Origin: Squalus acanthias
Taxonomy: Eukaryota
NCBI GenBank assembly: GCA_030390025.1
Contig: CM059432.1
Location: forward strand, 107,634,001-107,698,000
DNA: 64,000 bases
Reading direction: 5' to 3'
The notes beneath the pieces are model-generated. The model saw only the letters and a list, made by a program, of their open reading frames with translations, was not told the origin of the DNA and did no database searches. Shown piece after piece: positions 52,466 through 64,000 of the stretch; the first letter of the stretch is position 1; every line of letters starts with the position of its first letter. Position numbers and translations under genes: made by a program.

Positions 52466-53806
52466 GAGGCTCTATGTCACTTTTGTCACATAAATTGTGA
52501 GCGACTGTATTTCAAGGGTTATGTTTATGTTGAGACTTAGCACAGGAGAAGCATCTTTGTTGTTTTGACATTTTGAGGGGGTTGTAACGACTATAAATAT
52601 GCAACTGAAATTTCCACATGATCGGCAGAACCTCTAGAGAAATGGCAAAAATACAACTGTTTACAATATTCCCGGTGTCGGGGAGGGGGGCGGGGGGCTG
52701 ATGGGTGTGGAGGGGTTCCACTGACCTGTTACTAAAGTTACGGCAGGAGATCAGGAGAACCACGTCAGAATTCAAGGGCCTACTGTTTGTACTGAGTGCT
52801 TTCCATTTATCTGTTTAATGTCAAATAAATGTGTCCGTTAGTTTATAGCCTGAGCCTTATAGAGTGTCTATTCATCTATCTACCTAAACCAAGGTTTATG
52901 TGGCAGCACATGATATCAAGAAACGGCTGAGCGCAAAGGCTATGGGCCCTGACAACATCCCGGCTGTCGTGCTGAAGACTTGTGCTCCAGAGCTAGCCGT
53001 GCCTCGAGCCAAGCTGTTCCAGTACAGCTACAACACTGACATCTACCCGGCAATGTGGAAAACTGCCCAGGTACGTCCTGTCCACAAAAAGCAGGACAAA
53101 TCCAATCCGGCCAATTACCGCCCCATCAGTCTACTCTCAATCATCAGCAAAGTGATGGAAGAATCATAGAATCATAGAAAGTTACAGCACAGAAGGAGGC
53201 CATTTCGACCCATCGTGTCCGCGCCGACCAACAAAGAGCTATCCAGCCGAATCCCACTTCCCAGCTCTTGGTCCGTAGCCCTGCAGGTTACAGTATTCCA
53301 AGTGCACATCCAAGTACTTTTTAAATGTGGTTAGGGTTTCTGCCTCTACCACCCTTTCAGGCAGTGAGTTCCAGACCCCCACAACCCTTTGGATGAAGAA
53401 ATTTCCCCTCAAATCCCCTCTAAACCTTCCACCAATTACTTTAAATATGTGCCCCCTGGTTTTTGACCCCTCTGCTAAGGGAAATAGGTCCTTTCTATCC
53501 ACTTTATCTAAGCCCCTCATAATTTTATACACCTCAATAAGGTCTCCCCTCAGCCTCCTCTGTTCCAAGGAAAACAAACCCAGCCTATCCAATCTTTCCT
53601 CATAGCTAAGATTCTCTACTCCCAGCAACATCCTTGTAAATCTCCTCTGCACCCTCTCCAGTGCAATCACATCTTTCCTGTAATGTGGTGACCAGAACTG
53701 CACTCAGTACTCTAGCTGAGGCCTTACTAGTGTTTTGTACAGTTGAAGCATAACCCCCCTGCTCTTGTATTCTATGCCACGGCTAATAAAGGCAAGCATT
53801 CTGTAT

Positions 53807-55125
53807 ATAAAAACAGAAAATGCTGGAAATACTCAGCAGGTCAGGCAGCATCTGTGGAGAGAGAAACAGAGTTAACGTTTCAGGTCGATGACCCTTTGTC
53901 AGAACTGGAAAAAGCTGGAGAACGAACAGGTTTTTAAGCAAGTGCAGGGGCTGGGAAAGGGGGGAGGGGAGGAAAGAACAAAAGGGAAGATCTGTGATAG
54001 GATGGAAGGCAGGAGAGATTAAGAGAGATTAAGAGATGGTGCAAGGCAAAAGGAGATGGTAATGGGACAAGTTAAGAAACAAAAGATGGCTCTAGATGAA
54101 GTGTAAATGGCGATGGCAGAATGAAAGACAGCTGCCATGTGGGAGAGAGAAAAAAAATTAAATGGGAAAAAAAAGGATAGGGGCAGAGGTTATGGTCTGA
54201 AATTGTTGAACTCTATGTTGAGTCCAGGGGCAGAATTTTCATTGACCCGTGGAGGCGGGTTTGGAGGTGTGTGGGGGGTTAAAATTGCAGAAACTGGCGG
54301 GCGGGCACAAGCCCGCCTCCATCCCACCTCCACGCAATTTTTATTAAATCGTGTCTGCTGGTCCCAACTCCGTCCCGCCTCTAAGTTAAGGCCCTTAACA
54401 AGCACTAAATTGCCTCTATAATGCCATTTTGAAAGGCCTTTGTGATTTTAACCCTTTTTCTACGTGAAGCACGCCTGTTCTGAACCACGATTGTGAAACC
54501 TGGCGGGAGCACATTTCGGTAGCTGTCTATCAGCTGCAGGTTCACTATTACAACGGAGATTATGTGATGGTGGTGGTGGTGGTGTAATAATAATAATAAT
54601 AATAATAATATCTGGGAGCAGACTTACGGCTACTGCTGCTCATTTTGCCTCCAGGTCCTCTCACAGCAAAGGCCAGGCAGTCTTTGCAGACCTTCAAGGC
54701 AGCAGCAATGTTGACAATCAGAGGCGACTTTTAGACTGAAAACACAAATTGGGTTATGGGTTCCCACATGCTGGAACTCAATTGCCCAATTAGGTGAAAA
54801 TCGCATCAATCTCCCACATCCAATTGCAGTCGGGTGGATAACACGACCCCAGCCCGCCCCAGTATCAAAATCCAGCCCCAGAAGGCTGTAAAGTGCCTAA
54901 TCGAAAGATGAGGTGCTGTTCCTTGAGCTTACGTTGAGCTTCATTGGAACAGTGTAAGAAACCGAGGACAGTGAGGTCTGAGTGGGAGTGGAGCGGAGAA
55001 TTAAAGTGACAAGCGACCGGAAGCTCGGGGTCACCCTTACGGACTGAACGCAAAGCGGTCACCCAATCTGCGTTTGGTCTCCCCAATGTAGAGGAGACCG
55101 CATCGTGAGCAGCGAATACAGTATA
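53807..55125 (-). mobile_element. 5'-truncated Penelope 3' fragment with a mutated hammerhead core (CTGACAA)
   Basis: GIY-YIG C-terminus PVACHFNS...EQHLIFRLGTLQPSG plus pLTR, homologous to 40290-40850. Confidence 0.88.
54228..54878. mobile_element. Harbinger-type MITE, same family as 2255-2998, opposite orientation
   Basis: TIR GGGCAGAATTTT / AAAATCCAGCCC; TSD CAG; the host Penelope rejoins as GAGTCCAGAAGG. Confidence 0.88.
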
Positions 55126-58100
55126 CATTCGATATGCCTTCTTAACCACCTAATCTTCCTGGCCTGCTACCTTCAGGGATCTGTGGACATGCACTCCAAG
55201 GTCCCTTTGTTCCTCTACACTACTCAGTGTCCTACCATTTAATGTGTATTCCCTTTCCTTGTTAGCCCTCCCCAAATGCATTACCTCACACTTCTCCAGA
55301 TTGAATTCCATTTGCCACTGTTCTGCCCACCTGACCAATTTATTGATATCTTCCTGCAGTCTGCAGCTTCCTTCTTCATTATCAACCACACGGCCAATTT
55401 TAGTATCATCTGCAAACTTCTTAATCATACCCCCCATATTCAAGTCTAGATCATTGATATATACCACAAAAAGCAAGGGACCTAGTACTGAGCCCTGTGG
55501 AACCCCACTGGAAACAGCCTTCTAGTCACAAAAACACCCATCAACCATTACCCTCTGCTTCCTGCCTCCGAGCCAGTTTTGAATCCAACTTGACACTTTG
55601 CCCTGGATCCCATGGGCTTTTAACTTCGTGACCAGTCTGCCATGTGGAACCTTATCAAAAGCCTCGCTAAAGTCCATGTGCACTACATCAAACGCACTAC
55701 CCTCATCTATCCTCCTTGTTACCTCCTCAAAAAATTCAATCAAGTTTATTAGACACGACCTTCCTTTAACAAATCCGTGCTGACTATCCTTGATTAATCC
55801 GTGTCTTTCTAAATGAAGATTTATCCTGTCCTTCAGAATTCTTTCCAATAATTTTCCCACCACCGAGGTTAGGCTGACTGGCCTGTAATTACTCGGTATA
55901 TCCTTTTCTCCCTTTTTAAACAAGGGTACCACATTAGCAGTCCTCCAGTCCTCCGGCACCACACCTGAAGCCAGAGAGGATTGGAAAATTATGGTCAGGG
56001 CTTCTGCTATTTCCTCTTTTGCTTTGCTTAACAGCCTGGGATACATTTCATCCGGGCCTGGGGATTTATCCACTTTTAAAGCTGCTAAACCCCTTAATAC
56101 TTCCCCTCTCACTATGTTTATTTCATCTAATATTTCACACTCCTCCTCCCTGATAGCAATGTCTGCTTCGCCCCTCTCCTTTGTGAAAACAGACGCAAAG
56201 TATTCATTAAGAACCCTACCGACGTCTCCTGCCTCCACACACAGATTACCCTCATGATCTCTCATAGGCCCTACCCTTTCTTTAGTTATCCTCTTACTCT
56301 TAATATATTTATAAAACATCTTTGAGTTTTCCTTGATTTTACTTGCCAGGAATTTTTCATGCTCTCTCTTTGCTTTCCTAATATCATTTTTAATTACACC
56401 CCTGCACTTTCTGTACTCCTCTAAAGATTCTGCAGTATTTAGCCCTTGGTATCTGTCATACGCCTCCCTTTTTTTCTTTATCCTACCCTGTATGTCCCTA
56501 GACATCCAGGGGGCTCTAGATTTGTTAGTCCCACCTTTTTTCTTTAAGGGCACATATTTGGTCTGAACCCTCCAGATCTCCTCCTTGAATGCCTCCCACT
56601 GCTCTGACACTGATTTACTTTCAAGTAGCTGTTTCCAGTCCACTATGGCTAAATCCCCTCTGAGCATAGCAAAATTTGCTTTTCCCCAATTTAGAATTTT
56701 TATTCCTGGTCTATCCTTATCCTTTTCCATAACTACCTTAAGTCTAACTGAATTATGGCCACTAGCACCAAAATGCTCCCCCACTGATATTCCTTCTACC
56801 TGCCCAGCTTCATTCCCTAAAACTAAGTCCAGAACCGCCCCCTCCCTTGTTGGGTTTGCTACATACTGGCTAAAAAAGTTCTCCTGGATGCATTTTAGGA
56901 ATTCTGCACCCTCTATACCCTTCACACTAATTTTATCCCAGTTAATATTGGGGTAGTTGAAATCCCCTACTATTACTGCCCTATAGATTTTGCACTTCTC
57001 AGAAATTTGTCTACATATTTGCTCTTCTATCCCCCTCACTGTTTGGGGGTCTGTAATACACTCCCAGCAGTGTGATTGCCCCTTTTTTGTTTTTCAATTT
57101 GACCCATAGGGCCTTGTTTGATGATCCCTCCAACATATCATCCCTCCTCACAGCTGTAATAGTTTCTTTAATCAATACCGCGACCGCCCCTCTCTTTTTA
57201 CCTCCCTCTCTATCCCGTCTGAAAATCCTGTAACCAGGAATGTTGAGCTGCCATACCTGCCCCTCTTTCAGCCACGTCTCTGTAATAGCTATAATATCAT
57301 AGTCCCAAGCATCTAGAAGGTGTTGTCAACAGTGCTAGCAAGTGTCACTTACTCACCAATAACCTGCTCACCGATGCTCAGTTTGGGTTCCGCCAGGACC
57401 ATTTGGGCCCCGACCTCATTACAGCCCTGGTCCAAACATGGACAAAAGAGCTGAATTCCAGAGGTGAGGTGAGAGTGACTGCCCTTGACATCAACGCAGC
57501 ATTTGACCGAGTATGGCATCAAGGAGCCCTAGTAAAATTGAAGTCAATGGGAATCAGGGGAAGACTTTCCACTGGCTGGAGTCATATCTAGCACAAAGGA
57601 AGATGATTGTGGTTGTTGGAGGCCAATCATCTCAGCCCCAGAACATCGCTGTAGGAGTTCCTCAGGGCATTGTTCTAGGCCCAACCATCTTCAGCTGCTT
57701 CATCAATGACCTTCCCTCCATCATAAGGTCAGAAATGGGGATGTTCGCTGATGACTGCACTGTGTTCAGTTCCATTCGCAACTCCTTCGATAATTAAGCA
57801 GTCTATGTCTGCATGCAGCAAGACCTGGATGACATTCAGGCTTGGGCTGATAAGTGGCAAGTAACATTTGCGCCACACAAGTGCCAAGCAATGACTATCT
57901 CCAACAAGCGAGAATCTAACCATCACCCCATGACATTCAATGGCATTACCATTGCCGAATCCCCCACCATCAACATCCTGGGGGTCACCAATGACCAGAA
58001 ACTTAACTGGACTAGCCACATAAATACTGTGGCCACAAGAGCAGGTCAGAGGCTAGGTATTCTGTGGCGAGTGTCTCACCTCCTGACTCCCCAAAGCCTT

Positions 58101-58734
58101 TCCACCATCTACAAGGCACAAGTCAGGAGTGTGAGGGAATACTCTCCACTTGCATGGATGAGTGCAGCTCCAACAACACTCAAGAAGCTCAACACTATCC
58201 AGGACAAAGCAGCCTGCTTGTTTGGCACCCCATCCACCACCTTAAACATTCACTCCCCCCACCACCCGCACACCGTGGCTGCAGTGTGTACCATCTACAA
58301 GATGCACTGCAGCAACTCGCCAAGGCTTCTTCCACAGCACCTCTCAAACCCACGACCTCTACCACCTAGAAGGACAAGGGCAGCAGGCACATGGGAACAC
58401 CATCACCTCCAAGTTCCCCTCCAAGTCACACACCATCCTGACTTTGAAATATATCGGCGTTCCTTCATAGTCACTGGGTCAAAATCCTGGAACTCCCTTC
58501 CTAACAGCACTATGGGAGTACCTTCACCACGCGGACTGCAGCAGTTCAAGAAGGTGGCTCACCACCACCTTCTCAAGGGCAATTAGGGATGGGCAATAAA
58601 TGCTGGCCTTGCCAGCGATGCCCACATCCTAGGAACGAATAAAAAAAAACATGATACTCTCCAGTAAGCCGGAACACAGTGTCAAGGGCTCTCTGTCCAA
58701 TGCCTGGGTCTTGCTACATTTACCTAGATATTAT

Positions 58735-58895
58735 GCATTTAAGGGGAAGCTAGATAAGCATATGAGGGAGAAAGCAATAAAAGGATATGTTGATGGGGTT
58801 AGATGAAGAGGGGTGGAAGGAGGCTCTCGTGGCGCTTAAACACCGCCATGGATCTATTGGGCCGAATGGCCCGTTTCTGTGCTGTAAATACTTTG
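58735..58895 (+). mobile_element. CR1 3' end fragment
   Basis: GGGCCGAATGGCCCGTTTCTGTGCTG 3' UTR motif. Confidence 0.65.
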
Positions 58896-59694
58896 TAATA
58901 CCTGTACTTTGTAAAGGCACACTCTGGCTCATAGGGGTCCATTTATAGGAGTAGCCAGTGATACTGAGCCCAATGAGAACATCTACCATAAAACCCCCAA
59001 AACATAACAGATGGTACATTATGAGTACAATTATGAGTAGTTAAGCATACCTTGTCCACCAATGTGAAGTCTATTCATTTACCATAATTTGATGGTGTTC
59101 ATTACATGTAGCGCATGACGTGCTTGGAGCATGCCAAGGTTTCAGGGGTGGCATATCCATTGCCAGCAGCTCTTAAAAAGCTGTTGACTGCCCTTAAATT
59201 GGGACTTCTTATTGAACAACTGAAAGAGGCTGGGGGCAGAATGGCACTATTCAACAATCAGTATTAGAGATCCTGCTGCAGGAGACCATATGGTGGAGGT
59301 TGGCCCTAGAGGACAGGGCCACCTAGCAATAAAGAACACCGTCATAACATCATGGAACCTACAAGCACCTCTAGCTCATAGGGGACATAGGTCCACTTAT
59401 AGGAGTAGCCAGTGATACTGACCAATGCAATGTCAACTATTGCCCAAACCTGGCAGGAGGTGAGGAAGACATTTTTTGGCCTACACAAGGATGCCAAGAT
59501 AAGTGAATATAAATGTGTAAAGATCGTAATAGGCTTTCTTGCTAAGCTTGGTTATGGTCCTCAGTGTACAACATCATAGAGGGGGAATGCTAATCGCTGA
59601 TCTTTACAAATGTTGATGCATGCTGTTTGTTTCTTTTGCACTGAGATGCCTTGTTGCCATATCGAGGTGCTGCCTGTGTTGGACCAAATAGCAA

Positions 59695-60140
59695 GCACCA
59701 AAGGGTTAAATGACGAAGACAGGCTGCATAAACTTGGCTTTTATTCCTTTGCGTTTAGAAGGTTGAGGGGGTGATCTGATCGAGGTGTTTAAAATGACAA
59801 AAAGGATTAGATAGGGTAGATACAGAGGAACTATTTCCTCTGGTGAGGGAATCCAGAACAAAAGGGCACAATCCTAAAATTAGAGCTAGGTCACTCAGGA
59901 GTGAAATCAGGAAGCGTGTTTTCACAAAAAAGGGTAGTGTAAATATGAAACTCTCTCCCCCAAAAGGCTGTGGATGCTGGACCAATTGAAATTTTCAAGA
60001 CTCAGATTGTTAGGTCAGGGTATCAAGGGAGATGGCTCAAAGGTGGGGCAAATGGAGTTGAGGTACAGATCAGCAATGATCTGATTGAATGGCGGAAGAG
60101 GCTTGAGGGGCTGAATGGCCTTCTCCTGATCATATGTTCC
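59695..60140 (+). mobile_element. CR1 3' fragment
   Basis: Degenerate ORF2 C-terminus plus GAGGGGCTGAATGGCCT 3' UTR. Confidence 0.75.
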
Positions 60141-61194
60141 TCAGTACTATAGCAGCAGGACATTCCTTACAGCCATATGTCCAAACATTTACATAAGGTG
60201 GCTGTTGTCCTGGGCACTCTGGTACAACTCTTTTCACAAGTCTCTTGTATGTGCTCATTTCATATCTGCTTGGAGGAGAAGGCTGCACATAACCGAGTGA
60301 GCACTTGAAAACAGGGTGGAGCTTACCAAAGCAAGACCCTTGACTTCATATGAAGAGAGGACGATTGAGGTTATGGGCGGAAATTCTCCTTTTCAGGGTG
60401 GAATCCCAGCAGGGCAGCACTTCCGTCTGCCTCTCCATATCCAACCCCGCCCTGACCCATTCTGCTGGGCTGGGGCTCATTAAGTATGCACGCCGGACTC
60501 CTGCTGGGATTCCCGTTGTCAAGAGGGAGCCCACTAAGGAGGTGAAGCCTGGTGGTGCTGCAGCACCAGAAGATCCAGCAAGGGACTTTAAAGGGTAAGA
60601 AGCACCTAATTGATTGGAAACAAAGAACTACTGAATGCCTTGTTGGAGACCGGGTCTTCAACAGGGGAGTCACTGAGGACAGAATGGAGGGAGGGGAAGC
60701 TGCTACAAGATGGAGGCACTGCAGGGCAGTTACTACCACGTCCTGAGGCCCACCACCACCTTCCCCATGGCCGTTCAAAAAGTGGCAGTAATATGGGCAG
60801 AAAGAAGGAAAATCCACCAGGATCTGGGCCCCAGCTGCTGCATTTGCATGTGGTGGGTGGGAAAGGAGTGGACAGCGACCATTCTGATGTGAGGTAGAAG
60901 TAGGAAAATCCCGGTTGGGGCGGTAAGGTGGCAGTAGGCCTCACCATCCCATTTTCCTGCCGTTTTCACCACAATTCTGTCTGTTTTCAGGTAGGATCCT
61001 CCCCTGTGTTGTGAAAGCAATAGAGGCAGTAGAGGAAGTTGAATGTGGAGGCCTCCCCCAAGCTCTTGGTTAGTATTATTTGCTTTTCATTTACTTATGA
61101 CGTTAATGACTCATTCATTACCTCTCACACAGGCCCACATTGTAGCATTTCAGTATAACTCACAGTATCTGTTGCCATGTACTCTATATATACT

Positions 61195-61325
61195 TGAAAA
61201 GGAAAATTTTGCAGGGCTGTGGGAAAAGAGCTGGGGGAGTGGGACTAATTGGACAGCTCTTTCAAAGAGCCGGCACAGGCATGATGGGCCAAAAGGCCTC
61301 CTTCTGTGCTGTAAGATTCAATGAT
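61195..61325 (+). mobile_element. CR1 3' end fragment
   Basis: GGGAGTGGGACTAA...ATGGGCCAAAAGGCCTCCTTCTGTGCTG. Confidence 0.7.
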
Positions 61326-62369
61326 TTTGTTTTTTCTAAAGTATCTTCTACTACTGCTCCAAATAACCTGGAGGACGAGCCAGCCCACTCAAGTGTACTG
61401 CTTCAACCTAGTACCTCAGCACCCAGACCAAGAGAATACTATATTATTATACATGAATGTGAAATTTGTGAGGCTATAGAAAAATTCCGGGGATAAATGA
61501 TTAATTTTTTAATGTGACAATATTTTCACGTATTCCATGCATTCCCTGTATGTCTCCGATGTACTTGGGAATATGTAACCTAGTGACTGTTACATTTTCT
61601 AATGCATATACCTTTAAATGGAAAGTCTTAACCTGTTTCAGAAGATTCCGTGTCAACCTGCAGGCCTTACAACCTCTCGTTCCTATCAGAGGCCATTTTG
61701 TATTTTGGAACACTTTCCCCACACAGTTGGATCTTTCCTACAGCATCCTCAGTCTGTTATTTTTGGAGACTGTGTTTATTACATTGAATATATTGTTCCT
61801 GGTTTGTGTAACATTCACAAGATGTTGAAATTCCGATTTGGTGCCAATACAAGTATGAGGCTGCTTTGCGAATCCCTGGTCTAGCAAATCCATTACAAAC
61901 ACTGCGAACCACAGATCCCTGATCTCTTGTTTTTTTTTACTTACCAACAGCTGAATCAGGGTTAAAATCAGAGTAGAAGTAAAGAATTCCATATTTAGAA
62001 CACCAAGGGGGAGGAATTGGTGACCGTCGCGCCAGAATTCTGGGGAAAGGTAAGAGTTGGAGGGAGCAATTTCCGGGCACAATCTCCTCCACCCAGGATG
62101 CCTGCCTAAAACAGGTGTTAGGCCGCATGAATATGCTAAGCAGGGCCTAACACCTGTTTTAGGACCCTACTGCCAAATTCAGCTAAGACTGGGTGGAGCA
62201 TGTGCAGTGGTAAGTCTTTGCTTTTTTACTTACCATAAAGTGGAGCCAGGAGAAGGAGTGCAGGTTTGGCATCCGAACCGGATCATTGTGAGAAGGCCCT
62301 GAATGGTGAGCTATACCAGGATGGCCAATTGGCGTCCGCAGCTAGCCGGCATTACGTAGATCACAATGC

Positions 62370-64000
62370 AGTTTACAGGAGTCTCTGGACACAGATACAG
62401 CACGGTGCGGGTTACTGGAATCTCAGGACACAGATACAGCACGGTGCAGGTTACTGGAGTCTCAGGACACGGATACAGCACGGTGCAGGTTACTGGAGTC
62501 TCAGGACACAGTTACAGCACGGTGCAGGTTACTGGAGTCTCAGGACACGGATACAGCACGGTGCAGGTTACTGGAGTCTCAGGACACGGATACAGCACGG
62601 TGCAGCTTACTGGAGACTCAGGATATGGATACAAAATGGTGCAGGTTACTGGAGTCTCTGGACACAGATACAGCACGGTGCAGGTTACTGGAGTCTCTGG
62701 ACACAGATACAGCACGGAGCAGGTTACTGGAGACTCAGGACACGGATACAGCACGGTGCAGGTTACTGGAGTCTCAGGACACAGATACAGCACGGTGCAG
62801 GTTACTGGAGACTCTGGACACAGATACAGCACGGTGCAGGTTACTGGAGACTCTGGACACGGATACAGCACGGTGCAGGTTACTGGAGTCTCAGGACACG
62901 GATACAGCACGGTGCAGGTTACTGGAGTCTCAGGACACGGATACAGCACGGTGCAGGTTACTGGAGACTCTGGACACAGATACAGCACGGTGCAGGTTAC
63001 TGGAGTCTCAGGACACAGATACAGCACGGTGCAGGTTACTGGAGTCTCAGGACACGGATACAGCACGGTGCAGGTTACTGGAGACTCAGGACACGGATAC
63101 AGCACGGTGCAGGTTACTGGAGTCTCAGAACACAGATACAGCACGGTGCAGGTTACTGGAGTCTCAGGACATGGATACAGCACGGTGCAGCTTACTGGAG
63201 ACTCTGGACAGAGATACAGCATGGTGCAGGTTACTGGAGTCTCAGGACACAGATACAGCACGGTGCAGGTTACTGGAGACTCAGGACACAGTTACAGCAC
63301 GGTGCAGGTTACTGGAGTCTCAGGACACGGATACAGCACGGTGCAGGTTACTGGAGTCTCAGGACACGGATACAGCACGGTGCAGGTTACTGGAGTCTCA
63401 GGACACGGATACAGCACGGTGCAGGTTACTGGAGTCTCAGGACACGGATACAGCACGGTGCAGGTTACTGGAGTCTCAGGACACGGATACAGCACGGTGC
63501 AGGTTACTGGAGTCTCAGGACACAGATACAGCACGGTGCAGGTTACTGGAGTCTCAGGACAGAGATACAGCACGGTGCAGCTTACTGGAGACTCTGGACA
63601 GAGATACAGCACGGTGCAGGTTACTGGAGTCTCAGGACACGGATACAGCACGGTGCAGGTTACTGGAGTCTCAGGACACGGATGCAGCACGGTACAGGTT
63701 ACTGGAGTCTCAGGACACAGATACAGCACGGTGCAGGTTACTGGAGTCTCAGGACACGGATACAGCACGGTGCAGGTTACTGGAGTCTCTGGACACAGAT
63801 ACAGCACGGTGCAGGTTACTGGAGTCTCTGGACACAGATACAGCACGGTGCAGGTTACTGGAGTCTCAGGACACGGATACAGCACGGTGCAGGTTACTGG
63901 AGTCTCAGGACACAGATACAGCACGGTGCAGGTTACTGGAGTCTCTGGACACGGATACAGCACGGTGCAGCTTACTGGAGTCTCAGGACACGGATACAGC
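62370..64000. repeat. 39-bp minisatellite, runs off the window
   Basis: Unit CACGGTGCAGGTTACTGGAGTCTCAGGACACRGATACAG, about 41 copies. Confidence 0.97.

Larger units (their letters stand above)
53162..57315 (-). mobile_element. CR1 LINE with most of ORF2, interrupted by a Penelope fragment
   Basis: ORF 55522-57039 (VGDFNYP...DFSEAFDKVPH), 55150-55476 (FADD) and 53239-53703; tail (AATCATAG)n; probable short TSD GAAG. Confidence 0.95.
52908..58650 (+). mobile_element. 5'-truncated LINE of the LF-SINE-headed family (parts 52908-53161 and 57316-58650)
   Basis: GPDNIPAVVLKTCAPEL...ISKVME, resuming after the CR1 insertion; ends HHHLLKGN* followed by the family tail. Confidence 0.92.

Noticed and set aside
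53869..53905. Active hammerhead ribozyme
   Set aside because: The core reads CTGACAA rather than CTGANGA, so it is probably inactive.
62512..63963. Cys/Pro-rich 13-aa repeat proteins (LYPCPETPVTCTV)n
   Set aside because: Expected by-product of a 39-bp stop-free unit. Variant units introduce stops and there is no unique coding flank.

Overview
Eukaryotic, repeat-saturated DNA with no confidently identifiable host protein-coding gene. The repeat inventory looks like a cartilaginous-fish (shark-like) genome; that taxon call is an inference. It includes CR1 and L2 LINEs, Deu-domain SINEs, LF-SINE-like sequence, Penelope elements with hammerhead ribozymes, Harbinger-type MITEs and Gypsy LTR elements. 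Every recognisable ORF belongs to a mostly decayed transposon. Highlights: (1) A LINE family whose 5' end is a tRNA-derived, LF-SINE-like head and body fused directly to one APE-RT ORF, and whose 3' end is an LF-SINE-like tail. The same junction occurs in two independent copies (13501 and 47672), suggesting an autonomous, possibly Pol III-driven parent of LF-SINE. (2) A near-complete Penelope element (40256-43936) with a 13-bp TSD, an inverted pseudo-LTR and minimal hammerhead ribozymes. (3) A 1.65-kb TG...CA solo LTR. (4) A full-length Gypsy element and its microhomology-deleted sister, both in one CR1 copy. (5) Harbinger-type MITEs sharing a GAGTC-NNN target and repeatedly hitting CR1 tails. 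(6) Two kb-scale minisatellites and several hairpin elements. Ends are exact only where a TSD or TIR is quoted; the rest are approximate.
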